NCBI RefSeq assembly: GCF_000737315.1
Contig: NZ_JMCB01000013.1
Coordinates: forward strand, 20,001 to 82,000
Direction: 5' to 3'
DNA length: 62,000 nucleotides
Origin: Hyalangium minutum
GTDB lineage: Bacteria > Myxococcota > Myxococcia > Myxococcales > Myxococcaceae
Each line of letters opens with the position of its first letter. Positions within the stretch are counted from its first letter, which is position 1. This document shows, one piece after another, positions 23,076 through 32,500 of this stretch. The position numbers and the translations under genes are program-made. Under the pieces are notes generated by a model, which ran no database searches, was not told where the DNA came from, and worked only from the letters and a program-made list of their open reading frames with translations.

Positions 23076-23217
23076 AATCTTCCCGGCAGGCGGAGAGAGG
23101 AGCTCGGGCTGGGAGGTGACCGTCCGCTTTGACGGACAGGAATCCGCGCAACCGGCAGACGCCTCCTTCCGATAATGGAGGTATCAGCCACACTGAATCC
23201 CAAAGGCGGGGTCTGCC

Positions 23218-23355
23218 ATGAACCAGGCTTCCGAAGTCATCAACCTCGAAGAGTTCCGCAAGAGCCGCAACGCCAAGCCGGCCACCGTTCGCGCCACCCC
23301 TCCGACGACCTTCTGGTCGCCCGTCTGGGTGTGGGTCATGGTCTGGTCGGCGTAA
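23218..23355 (+). CDS. Small 45-aa protein absent from the ORF track (MNQASEVINLEEFRKSRNAKPATVRATPPTTFWSPVWVWVMVWSA)
   Basis: ATG 23218 to TAA 23353-23355; strongly GC3-biased codons; AAGGCGGGG upstream; fills an otherwise empty gap and ends 6 nt from the convergent GNAT stop. Confidence 0.7.
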   Translation: MNQASEVINLEEFRKSRNAKPATVRATPPTTFWSPVWVWVMVWSA

Positions 23356-23361
23356 ACCCTC

Positions 23362-24192
23362 TTAGGTCGAGGAGGGCGCCAGGCCCGCGCTGTGTTTCAC
23401 CAGGATCGCCCGGGAGTACGCCATCGCGAAGCCGAGGCGCGCTGCATTGCGCTCCGTGGGAATGCCCGGCCCCGAGATGATGACGGCAAGCTGGCTGCCT
23501 TGCTCTCGGCCCCGCTCCATCCTGGCGGCGATCAGGGCCTGCTGGACGCCTCGTCCTCGCCACGCGGGCTTCACGGACGTTCCGAACAGGGCAGTGAGGC
23601 CGTCCCGGGACTCGCAGCCCCCCGCGCCAATGGGTTCGCGTCCCTGGCGAGCCAGGAAGGCGTCCTGCACGGGCCGGCGCACGGCCTTCATGCCCAGCTC
23701 CAGGAACGCCGGTGGCAGAGGCTCGCCGTCCTGGAGGAAGCCGCTCTCGGCGACCTCTACGTACTCGCGGACCGCGGCGTCATCCTCGGGGTTGACGCGC
23801 TCGACGGTGATGCCTGTCGGCCAGCCGAGTGGCAGCAGCTCCCGGTAGGAGTCCTTCTCCGAGAGCTTGCGGACCAGCACGTTGGCGAACTGCTGGAGCA
23901 CGAACCCGCGCTGCGCCAGCGCGTTGAGCAAGGCCGGGAGGACGAAGGGGCTCAGCTCCACACGCGGCTCGACGCCTCGGGTGGTGAAGAACGCGATGAG
24001 CTCATCCAGCTCCGCATCGGTGAGCGGCCGCTCGTACCCGATTCCGCAGGCCTTGTTCACGTAGGAGCCGGGGCCATCGCAGGCCAGCCAGCCCTCGGCC
24101 AGGGGGCGGCGTTCCCGGGCCAGCTCCGAGGCGGCGAGCGCCTGCCGGCGTTCCACGAGCCGGGCGATGTCGATGAAGCTCCAGTCATTCAT
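23362..24192 (-). CDS. GNAT family N-acetyltransferase
   Basis: C-terminal acetyl-CoA-binding motif LFGTSVKPAWRGRGVQQALI and NAARLGF. Confidence 0.85.
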   Translation of the reverse strand: MNDWSFIDIARLVERRQALAASELARERRPLAEGWLACDGPGSYVNKACGIGYERPLTDAELDELIAFFTTRGVEPRVELSPFVLPALLNALAQRGFVLQQFANVLVRKLSEKDSYRELLPLGWPTGITVERVNPEDDAAVREYVEVAESGFLQDGEPLPPAFLELGMKAVRRPVQDAFLARQGREPIGAGGCESRDGLTALFGTSVKPAWRGRGVQQALIAARMERGREQGSQLAVIISGPGIPTERNAARLGFAMAYSRAILVKHSAGLAPSST

Positions 24193-24364
24193 GGGCGTAG
24201 GTCCTCTGGCAGTGCGGGTGGCAGGGCTGGGCGTTGAGCATCTTACGGTGACGGTGCGTTTCCACCCCCACCTGGGCGAGAGGGGTGGCTAACGTCACTG
24301 CGCCCCGGGACGCGGTGCCGGTCCGTCTGCTGACGGTGCGCGCCGGGGCGGGAGGATTCACCGA

Positions 24365-25393
24365 ATGCGTGGTGGCGAGAGGCAGCAAGTGTTCGCGGGG
24401 CTTGATCTGGGCGGGACGAAGATCCAGGCCGTGCTGGTGGACGTGGAAGGGAAGGTCGTCAGCCAGTGCCGCCACGCCACCCCGCAGCAGGGCGGCCCAC
24501 AGGTCATCATCGAGGAGCTGTTCGCCACGCTGCAGGAGGTGACGCGGATGGTGAATCTGGAGCCCTCGGCGCTCGCGGGCGTGGGGGTAGGGGCTCCCGG
24601 CGCGGTGGATCCGGTGGCGGGCGTGCTGCTGCAGGCGGGCAACCTCCCCGGCTGGCACGGGCCTCATCCCCTGGCCGAGATCTTGTCGAAGAAGGCGAAG
24701 GTGCCGGTGTTCCTCGGCAACGACGTGCAGGTGGCGGTGATGGCCGAGGCGCGCTTGGGAGCTGGGCGCTCGTACCGTTCGATGCTCGGGGTGTGGTGGG
24801 GGACGGGCGTGGGCGGAGGCATCTACCTGGACGGCCGGCGCTGGACGGGGCGCGGGGCGGCGGGGGAGATCGGCCACATTGTCGTGCGGCGGGGCGGCGC
24901 GAAGTGCTCGTGCGGGCGGCGCGGGTGCATGGAGGCCTACGCAGGCCGGGGCGCTATGGAGCTCAAGGCTCGCAAGGCCGTGGCGCGCGGGGAGAAGACG
25001 CGGCTGTTCGAGCTCATGGAGTCGCAGGGCAAGGACCGGCTCACCAGCGGCGTCTGGATGAAGGCGCTGAAGCAGGAGGATGGCCTGGCCGAGCGGCTGA
25101 TCGCCCGTGCCGTGCGGATGCTGGGGGCCGGCATCGCGTCGGCGGTAAATCTGCTGGATGTGGAGGCGGTGATCATCGGCGGCGGGCTGGGCACGCGGCT
25201 GGGCGAGCCGTACGTGGAGCGCATCATCCAGGCCATGCACCCACACCTCTTCGTGTCCCAGCGGCCTCCGGACGTGCGCCTGTCGGCCCTGGGCGAGCTG
25301 TCCGGGGCCATTGGCGCGGCACTGCTCTCCGAGCCTCCGGCGGCGGGGACTTCTTCGCACCGGAGCTCCCGGTCCGTGAAGGGTGAGGTCTGA
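24365..25393 (+). CDS. ROK family sugar kinase (glucokinase-like)
   Basis: GLDLGGTKI, GNDV, GTGVGGG, GEIGH, zinc motif CSCGRRGCMEAYA; no N-terminal HTH; SD GGGAGG upstream. Confidence 0.93.
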   Translation: MRGGERQQVFAGLDLGGTKIQAVLVDVEGKVVSQCRHATPQQGGPQVIIEELFATLQEVTRMVNLEPSALAGVGVGAPGAVDPVAGVLLQAGNLPGWHGPHPLAEILSKKAKVPVFLGNDVQVAVMAEARLGAGRSYRSMLGVWWGTGVGGGIYLDGRRWTGRGAAGEIGHIVVRRGGAKCSCGRRGCMEAYAGRGAMELKARKAVARGEKTRLFELMESQGKDRLTSGVWMKALKQEDGLAERLIARAVRMLGAGIASAVNLLDVEAVIIGGGLGTRLGEPYVERIIQAMHPHLFVSQRPPDVRLSALGELSGAIGAALLSEPPAAGTSSHRSSRSVKGEV

Positions 25394-25423
25394 TCCCGAG
25401 CCCTCAGAAACGGGCGGGCCGGC

Positions 25424-26320
25424 TCAGAACCGCCCGCTGAGCACCACGCTCCCAGGACCGCCCGACACACTCACCGAGGCCGCGCCTGGAGACGCCTGGG
25501 GCTCGCGGCCGTGGAGCAGCAGCGGCACGGCCACGCCGAACGCCGAGCCCAGCAGCGCGCCCGTGGCCACGTCCGTGAGGTAGTGCTTGTCCGCCGCCAT
25601 GCGCAGCAACGGCACGGTGGTGGCCAGCGGCAGCCCCACGCCCCAGATCCACTCGCGGTGCTTGTACCCGCGCAGCTCCGCCACCGTCCCCGCCGACACC
25701 ACCAGCGCGAACGCCAGGTTCGTGTGCCCGCTGTAGAAGGAGACGTTGTTGTCCGTGGGGTGCTCGGTGAGGGGCTTCTGGTCCTCGGGCAGCACGTGGA
25801 CGAAGGGCCGCTCGCGGTCGGCGAGGAACTTCACCGTCTGGTTCAACACCGAGGACAGCACCGCCGTCTGGATGATGATGCCCGCGTCCTGGAAGAAGAC
25901 GCTCCGGGGCGCGCCGCTCCCGTGACTCAGGGCGTACTGCGCTCCCAGCACACCCACTGGCAGCAGACCGAAGTCCACCACGTTGCTCCATGTGTCCGCG
26001 CGCTTGCGCTGGGCCTCGGTGCTGCCCGCGATACCCCGGCCCCACTTGTCCAGGCCGTTGAGCGAGTCCGTCCCGTCCGCGTTCCGGTCGCACCAGCCAC
26101 ATGTGGCCGAGGCCAGGTCCTTCTTGAGGAAGGCCTCGCTGCCAATCCAGATGAGGGCGCCAACGCCCGTGAGGGCCCCATCCCGGGCCCAGTTGAACCG
26201 CAGTTCATGAATGCCAGAAGCGGGGCTGGCGACGGGCGCAGCCTCGGGGGGCACGGGAGATGCAGCGAGCAGGGAAGCGAGCGCCAGGGCACACGGAGCG
26301 GGAAGCACGGAAGGAAGCAT
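25424..26320 (-). CDS. PAP2 family phosphatase, exported/membrane
   Basis: PAP2 motifs K...RERP, SFYSGH, R.AADKHYLTDV; signal-peptide-like N-terminus. Start is ATG 26320 or GTG 26332. Confidence 0.9.
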   Translation of the reverse strand: MLPSVLPAPCALALASLLAASPVPPEAAPVASPASGIHELRFNWARDGALTGVGALIWIGSEAFLKKDLASATCGWCDRNADGTDSLNGLDKWGRGIAGSTEAQRKRADTWSNVVDFGLLPVGVLGAQYALSHGSGAPRSVFFQDAGIIIQTAVLSSVLNQTVKFLADRERPFVHVLPEDQKPLTEHPTDNNVSFYSGHTNLAFALVVSAGTVAELRGYKHREWIWGVGLPLATTVPLLRMAADKHYLTDVATGALLGSAFGVAVPLLLHGREPQASPGAASVSVSGGPGSVVLSGRF

Positions 26321-26360
26321 AAACGGCCGCACCTCGGACGTTCTACACTCCGCTCACGGA

Positions 26361-29300
26361 ATGTCCCGTCCCAGCCGCACCCTCCAGGTCTTCCCCGACG
26401 CATCCCGTCGCCAGCAAGTGCTGTGCGCCGCACGGGAAAAGCGCGGCCTCGTGCTGGCCGCGGGTTGGCTCACGTGGGACGAGCTCGTCAACGCCCTGGG
26501 TGGAGCAGCCGAGCTCCAGCGTCGCCCGTGTCCGGCCTCTACCTCGCGCGTCCTCATGGGCGCGCTGGCGCAGCAGCTGGGGGAGACGCCCTTCGGAGAC
26601 TTTGTCCACGAGCCCGCCTTCGCGCGCGCCGCGGTGGAGCTGGCGCTCGACATGAAGGCGGGCCGGCTCACCCCGCGTGAACTCCATGATGCCGCCGAGT
26701 CGCTCCCGCCCGACCGCAGGGCCCGGGTTCGCGTGCTGGCCCGGCTGTGCGAGTCCTACGAGCGACGCATGGCCGAGCTGGGGCTCGCGGACCGCGAGGA
26801 CGTGGTGCGCGGCTCGCGCGAGGCGCTCATTCGCAAGCAGTGGCCGGCGGGCTGGGAGGACGTGGGGTCCATCGTGCTGCACGGGGTGTACGACGTGCGG
26901 CCCGCGGCGCTGGAGATGCTCCTGGCGCTGTCCTCGCTGTGCGAGGCGCGGAAGATCTCGCTCCGGGTGGAGACGCCGGTGGGCGGCTCACTGGCGGCGG
27001 ACGCGGCGCTGGCGTCGCTGTTCCGCGCGTTCGAGAGCCGTGGCGAGACCGTGGGCCACGTGGACCTGTTCAAGGCGGATCTCACCTTCGAGGGCCGCCC
27101 GTTGTCCGAGCTGGGCCGCCACCTCTTCTCTCCAAAGGTGGCCCGAGGGGCATTGGCGGCCACGGCGGCCGGCAACCTGCGCATGTGGAGTGTGGGCACC
27201 GCGCAGGATGAGGCGCGGCAGCTCGCTCGGGACGTGCGGCGGCTCATCGGCGAGGGTGTCTCTCCGGGGCGCATCGCCGTGGCGTGGCGCGAGCTGGGCC
27301 CGGAGGCGCGGTGGTTGGCGGCGGCGCTCGAGGAGCTTGGTGTGCCGGTGCGCCTGCCGTGGGGCGAGCCGCTGGTGCTCACGAGCCCGGTCCGGTTGGC
27401 GGTGGAGCTGCCGCTGCTCGTGGAGGATGGCTTCCCAGCCACGCGTGTGGCGGAACTCGTGGCCAGCCGCTACGCGCCCACGCTCTCGCGAGGGGCTCCG
27501 GATGCGCCCGCTACGCTCTTTACGCTGGCGGCTGTCCGGGACGATCGGCTCGGAGCGCTGCGTGGGCGCGGTGCGTATGACGTGCGCCTGGAGGGCTTGG
27601 CCAAGCGCTTGAGGAAGGCCCAGGACCCGCAGGCCCACTCGGTGAGCGTGCTGCGCGAGCGGTGCCTGAGGTTGATGGAGCAGTGCCGCCGCATCCCCGA
27701 GGCAGGCACGGCGCTGGAGCTGCTCGGGGCGTGGTGGGGCGTGGTGCGGCAGCTCGGGCTCCAGGATACGGAGGGACCGCTGGCTCAGCGGGACGAGGGA
27801 ATGCTGGGCGCGCACGCGCTGGAGGCCCGGGCTCGGGACGATGCCGCGCGGCAGGCGCTGCGCCTCCGGATTGGCGAGCTGGAGCGCTCTCTGCGCCGGG
27901 TGGGCGGAGGCCCGAGGCTCTCGCGTCGCCTCTTCGGGCGGTGGCTGGCGGACGCAGTGAAGGACTTGCACCTGCCCGCGCGGGGCCCGTCTTCGGGGGC
28001 GGTGGAGGTGCTCGACATCCGCGACGTGCCAGGGCGGACGTTCGGCTACCTGTTCCTGGCGGGGATGACGGAGGGCCGCTTCCCGGGGCACGAGGAGCCG
28101 CACGCGTTGCTGGGAGATGCGGATCGGTCGGGGCTCAACCAATACCTGCGGCGCGAGGCCTTCCGGCTCACGGGCGGCGAGTTCGAGGAGCGCGCGCCGT
28201 GGCGGCTGACGGAGGATCGGCTGCTGTTCGCGAGTGCGCTGGTAGCGGCCGAGCAGCGGGTGAGCCTGTCCTATTCGGTGGCGGGGGCGGGTGGGCAGGA
28301 GCAGGTGCCCTCATCGTTCCTGGAGGAAGTGCGGCGGCTGACGGGGATGACGTGGGAGGCGCGGGCGCTGATGGCGGTGCCTCCGCTGGACGACGTGCTG
28401 ACGGAGCCGGAGCTGCGGCAGCGGGTGGCGCTGGAGACGATGGCGCCGGCGCAGCTGCGCGTCACGGAGCCGGACGTGGCAGGCAAGCTGCTCAAGCGGC
28501 GCTTCGAGACGGAGGAGTGGTTCTTGGCGGCCCGGGAGCTGGCGCGGGTGGAGTACCAGCGGCTGCACTTCTTCAGCAATCCCACGAGCGAGGTGGGCCC
28601 CTACACGGGCGCGGTGGACGGCCCGGGGGTTCGCGAGGCGCTGCGGGAGACGTTCCGCTTTGACATTAAGAAGCCGCTGTCGGCGTCGGCGCTGGCGCGG
28701 TTTGGCAACTGTGGCTTCCAGGGCTTCCTGGCGTACGGGCTGAGGGTGGAGGAGCCGGAGGCGCCGGGCGAGGAGTTCGACGCGCGAGGCCGGGGCACGT
28801 TCTGGCACCGGGTGGTGGAGGAGGTGTTCATCCGGCTGAAGCAGAAGGGGCTGCTGGGTAAGGGGCTGCCAGAGATTCCGGACGAGGTGCTCACCGAGGC
28901 GTTGAACGAGGCGGTGGCCTACTTCGAGGAGCGCTACCACGTGGGGCACCCGGCGCTGTGGAAGCTGGCGAAGGAGCGGGCCCGGGCGATGGTGCGGCGG
29001 ATCCTCGCGCACGAGCGGCGCGGCCTCCCGTTCGATCGCTACGAGCCGGAGGGCTTCGAGCTGACGTTCGGGCCGGAAGCGGACCCGGGCCCGTGGCAGA
29101 ACGTGTTCCTGTACGCGGGCGACGAGGCCATCTACTTCGAGGGGAAGATCGACCGGCTGGACAAGGCCGCGGGGGACGTGGGGGTCATCGACTACAAGTC
29201 CGGGCGGCTGGACCGGAACACGTTGCGGGAGAAGCTGCTCTCGTCGGACTTCCAGCTGCCGCTGTACCTGTTCGCGGCGAGGGCGAGCGGGCACAAGGAG

Positions 29301-29579
29301 GCGCGCAAGGCGGCATGGTTCTCGTTGCGCACGGGCGAGGTGCTGGACTTGTCCAAGGTGCTTTCGGACGAGGAAGTGGACGGCATGCTGTCCACGGATC
29401 CGGAGGTGCGGGCGAAGCTGGCGGAGGAGGGCAAGCCGAATCTGGCCAACGCAGTGGAGGGCCTGGTGAAGAACACGCGTGAGGGCAAGTTCGGCATGCG
29501 TCCGAAGGACTGTGGCCGGTGCGGCTATCGCGCGGCGTGCCGGATTACAGAGCGGCGGGTGGTGGAGGAGAGTGCATGA
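26361..29579 (+). CDS. addB: AddB-like helicase/nuclease subunit (inactive UvrD-like body plus RecB-family nuclease with 4-Cys staple)
   Basis: LSASALARFGNC, RGTFWHRVVE, GKIDRLD, VIDYKSG, FQLPLY, CGRCGYRAAC; ATGA overlap with addA. Start set at ATG 26361. Confidence 0.85.
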   Translation: MSRPSRTLQVFPDASRRQQVLCAAREKRGLVLAAGWLTWDELVNALGGAAELQRRPCPASTSRVLMGALAQQLGETPFGDFVHEPAFARAAVELALDMKAGRLTPRELHDAAESLPPDRRARVRVLARLCESYERRMAELGLADREDVVRGSREALIRKQWPAGWEDVGSIVLHGVYDVRPAALEMLLALSSLCEARKISLRVETPVGGSLAADAALASLFRAFESRGETVGHVDLFKADLTFEGRPLSELGRHLFSPKVARGALAATAAGNLRMWSVGTAQDEARQLARDVRRLIGEGVSPGRIAVAWRELGPEARWLAAALEELGVPVRLPWGEPLVLTSPVRLAVELPLLVEDGFPATRVAELVASRYAPTLSRGAPDAPATLFTLAAVRDDRLGALRGRGAYDVRLEGLAKRLRKAQDPQAHSVSVLRERCLRLMEQCRRIPEAGTALELLGAWWGVVRQLGLQDTEGPLAQRDEGMLGAHALEARARDDAARQALRLRIGELERSLRRVGGGPRLSRRLFGRWLADAVKDLHLPARGPSSGAVEVLDIRDVPGRTFGYLFLAGMTEGRFPGHEEPHALLGDADRSGLNQYLRREAFRLTGGEFEERAPWRLTEDRLLFASALVAAEQRVSLSYSVAGAGGQEQVPSSFLEEVRRLTGMTWEARALMAVPPLDDVLTEPELRQRVALETMAPAQLRVTEPDVAGKLLKRRFETEEWFLAARELARVEYQRLHFFSNPTSEVGPYTGAVDGPGVREALRETFRFDIKKPLSASALARFGNCGFQGFLAYGLRVEEPEAPGEEFDARGRGTFWHRVVEEVFIRLKQKGLLGKGLPEIPDEVLTEALNEAVAYFEERYHVGHPALWKLAKERARAMVRRILAHERRGLPFDRYEPEGFELTFGPEADPGPWQNVFLYAGDEAIYFEGKIDRLDKAAGDVGVIDYKSGRLDRNTLREKLLSSDFQLPLYLFAARASGHKEARKAAWFSLRTGEVLDLSKVLSDEEVDGMLSTDPEVRAKLAEEGKPNLANAVEGLVKNTREGKFGMRPKDCGRCGYRAACRITERRVVEESA

Positions 29580-32500
29580 GCGCGGTGTCGCCCCTGGCGC
29601 TGGAGCGCAACCTGGCGCTCATGGCGGGCGCCGGCGCGGGCAAGACGTACAGCTTGGTGACGATGGTGCTGCACCTGTTCGCGGGAGCGCGCGAGGGGCT
29701 CGCTCCGCTCAAGCCGTCGCGGCTGTGCATGCTGACGTTCACGGACAAGGCCGCGGCGGAGATGCGGGCCCGGACGCGCACCCGCTTGGACGCGCTGGCG
29801 CAGGGGGAAGCCGAGGAGCCGGAGCTGCGCGCCTCGCTGGAGCGGCTGGGGCGGCCATTTCCCTCGCAGGACTCGTGGCGGGCGCTGCGGGAGGAGCTCG
29901 GGGCTGCGACGGTGGGCACGTTCCATTCGCTCTGCGGACAGCTGCTGCGCCGGGCGCCTCCGGGGTTGGGGATTGATCCGGCCTTCGAGGTGCTGGATGA
30001 GCTGGAGGCGCTCGGCCTGGTGCAGGACGTGTGCGAGCGCGTGGTGCTGGACGGCCTGGAGTCGGGGGACCTCCGCGTCACGGAGCTGTGCCAGGAGCTG
30101 ACGTTCTCCGGCTCAGGGTTCTCGGACGGACTGGTGGCGTCACTGCGGCAGGTCTACGGCAAGCTGCGCGAGGAAGGATTGCGCGCGGCCACTGCGGCGC
30201 TGTCGAGCCCGGAGGAGGCCCGCGCGGAGCTGGTAACGCTCATCCAGGAGGGACTCAAGCACTGCCAGGAGGCGCGGGAGCTGGACGCGAAGGGCGAGTG
30301 GGGTCGGTTGATCTCCGCGTGCGAGCGAGCGCTCCAGCCGATGACGCCGGAGAACTTGGGCGAGCCAGACCGGCTGCCCTCGCTGAAGGCGGCGTTCATC
30401 GCGGATGGCCGGAACTTCGCGAGGCTGAGCAAGGGCGCGGCGGGCCCCATCCGCTCGCTGTACTGGCTGACCCGCGGCAAGAGCGACGGCTCGGTGATGC
30501 GGCTGGAGGATGCGTACGCCGCGTGGCGGACGGCGCCCTTCGAGGCCACCTTCCGGGACTTGCTCGGCAAGGTGGAGGTCCGCCACGAGGGCGAGTTCAT
30601 CCGCCGCAACGTCTTCGACTTCACGGCGCTGCTGGTGAAGGCGCGGGACTTGCTGAGAGACCACCCGAGCTTCCGCCGTCAGGTGCAGGAGCGCATGGGC
30701 GCGCTGCTGGTGGACGAGTTCCAGGACACGAACCGCCTGCAGCTGGAGCTGGTGCTGTTGCTCTCGGAGCTGCGAGAGGGAGGCCCTCGGCCGGTGCGTC
30801 CGGACGAGGATCTGCGCGCCAGGCTCCCATTGGAGCCTGCGTTCCTGTGCGCGGTGGGAGATCGCAAGCAGTCCATCTACGAGTTCCGTGGCGCGGACGT
30901 CTCGGTGTTCACACTGCTGGCGGACAAGATCGTCTCCGAGGGAGGTGTGAGGGATTTCCTCCGGTTCAACCGCCGCTCGGTGCCAGCGCTGCTGGACTTC
31001 TTCAACCGGACGTTCGCGGGGGTACTGGTGGCGAGCGATCCGCCGCGGCCCTACGAGGTGGTGTACGTGCCGGAGGAGGACGATCTCTCCCCGGTCCGCC
31101 GCGAGCTGGCCGAGGCGCCTGCGGTGGAGCGGTTGGTGCTCGGGGAGGCGGAGTCCTCGGCGGACGCACGTAATAAGGATGCGGAGGCCGTGGCGAGGCG
31201 CCTCCGGGTGATGTTGGCACCGGGTGCGGATCCTTGCGTGACGGACGAGGATGGCCAGCGTCTGCGGCCCGCTCGAGGCGGCGAGGTGGCCATCCTCCTG
31301 AGGACCTTCACGCACCTGGAGGTGTACCGGCAGGCGCTGATCCGGCACGGCGTGCCGCACAGGGTGCTGCGGGGCCGGGGCTTCTACGGTGCGCAGGAGG
31401 TGTTGGATCTGGCCTCCTTGCTGGCGCTGCTGGCGGACTCGGAGGACACGTTGGCGCTGACGGCGGTGCTGCGTTCTCCGCTGGTGGGGCTGTCGGACGC
31501 GTCGCTGTTCCGGCTCTCGGGCCCGAACGGACTCACGCTGGCGGAGATCCAGAAGAAGGACCTGGACACGTGCGAGCTCCCGCCTCGCGAGCGCCTGAGG
31601 CTGGAGCGATTTCTGGCGGCACTGCCCTCGTTGAGGCGCGAGCGGGATCGGCTCGGAGTGCGCGCGCTGCTTCAGGTCGCGCTGGAAGTCACGGGCTACC
31701 GGGAGGCGATGGCGGGCTCACCGTACGCGGAGCAGGCCAGCGCCAACATCGACAAGCTGCTGGCGCTCGCGGCCCGTCGCGACGAGCGAGGCACGGGAGG
31801 GTGCACGGCGTTCGCGAGGGAGCTGCGGATGCTCGCGGACGCGGACCCCACCGAGGCGCAGGCGGACCTGCTGGACGCGGGAGATCCCCGTGCGGTGCAG
31901 ATCCTCACGATCCACCGGGCGAAGGGGCTCGAGTGGCCGGTGGTGGTGGTGCCCGCGCTCGGGGGCAAGCGGCGCAACACGAGCGCGCGGGCGCACTTCG
32001 AGCGCACGCACGGGCTGGTGCTGCGCCCCTGGTTGCCGGACACGCTGGAGGACTTCCGCTCCCGGCGCTTCGACCGGGTGAGAGAGGAGCTCAAGTCCCG
32101 CGAGTTCGCCGAGTACCGGCGGCTCCTCTACGTAGCGCTCACGCGAGCCCGGGACATGCTGATCCTCTCGGGCTCGGCGGAGCGCGGCGCTTCGGACTCC
32201 TGGTGGCACATGATGGAGGCGCGCTTGGACGCGGACGCGGGCCTCCGGCGCCGGGTGCTGGACGTGGAGGTGGACTCACTTCCACCACCCGCCGACCCCT
32301 TGCCGCCGAGTGCAGAGGAACTCGCGGAAGCAGAGGCCCGGGTGGAGGCGGCCCTGGAGCGCGTCCGAGGCGGTGTCTCCCTGCCCGAGCCCGAAGAAGC
32401 CATCGTCTCGGCGGCGCAGCTCCAGGACTTCATGGCGTGCCCGAGGCGCTACCGCTACGTGCACCAGCTGGGAATGAGCGGGCCGCGGCCGTGGGAGCTG

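Noticed and set aside
22798-23203. ORFs 22798-23193 and 22835-23203 as intact genes
   Set aside because: Each carries only one hydrolase motif amid non-coding-like sequence, so they are treated together as one pseudogene relic.
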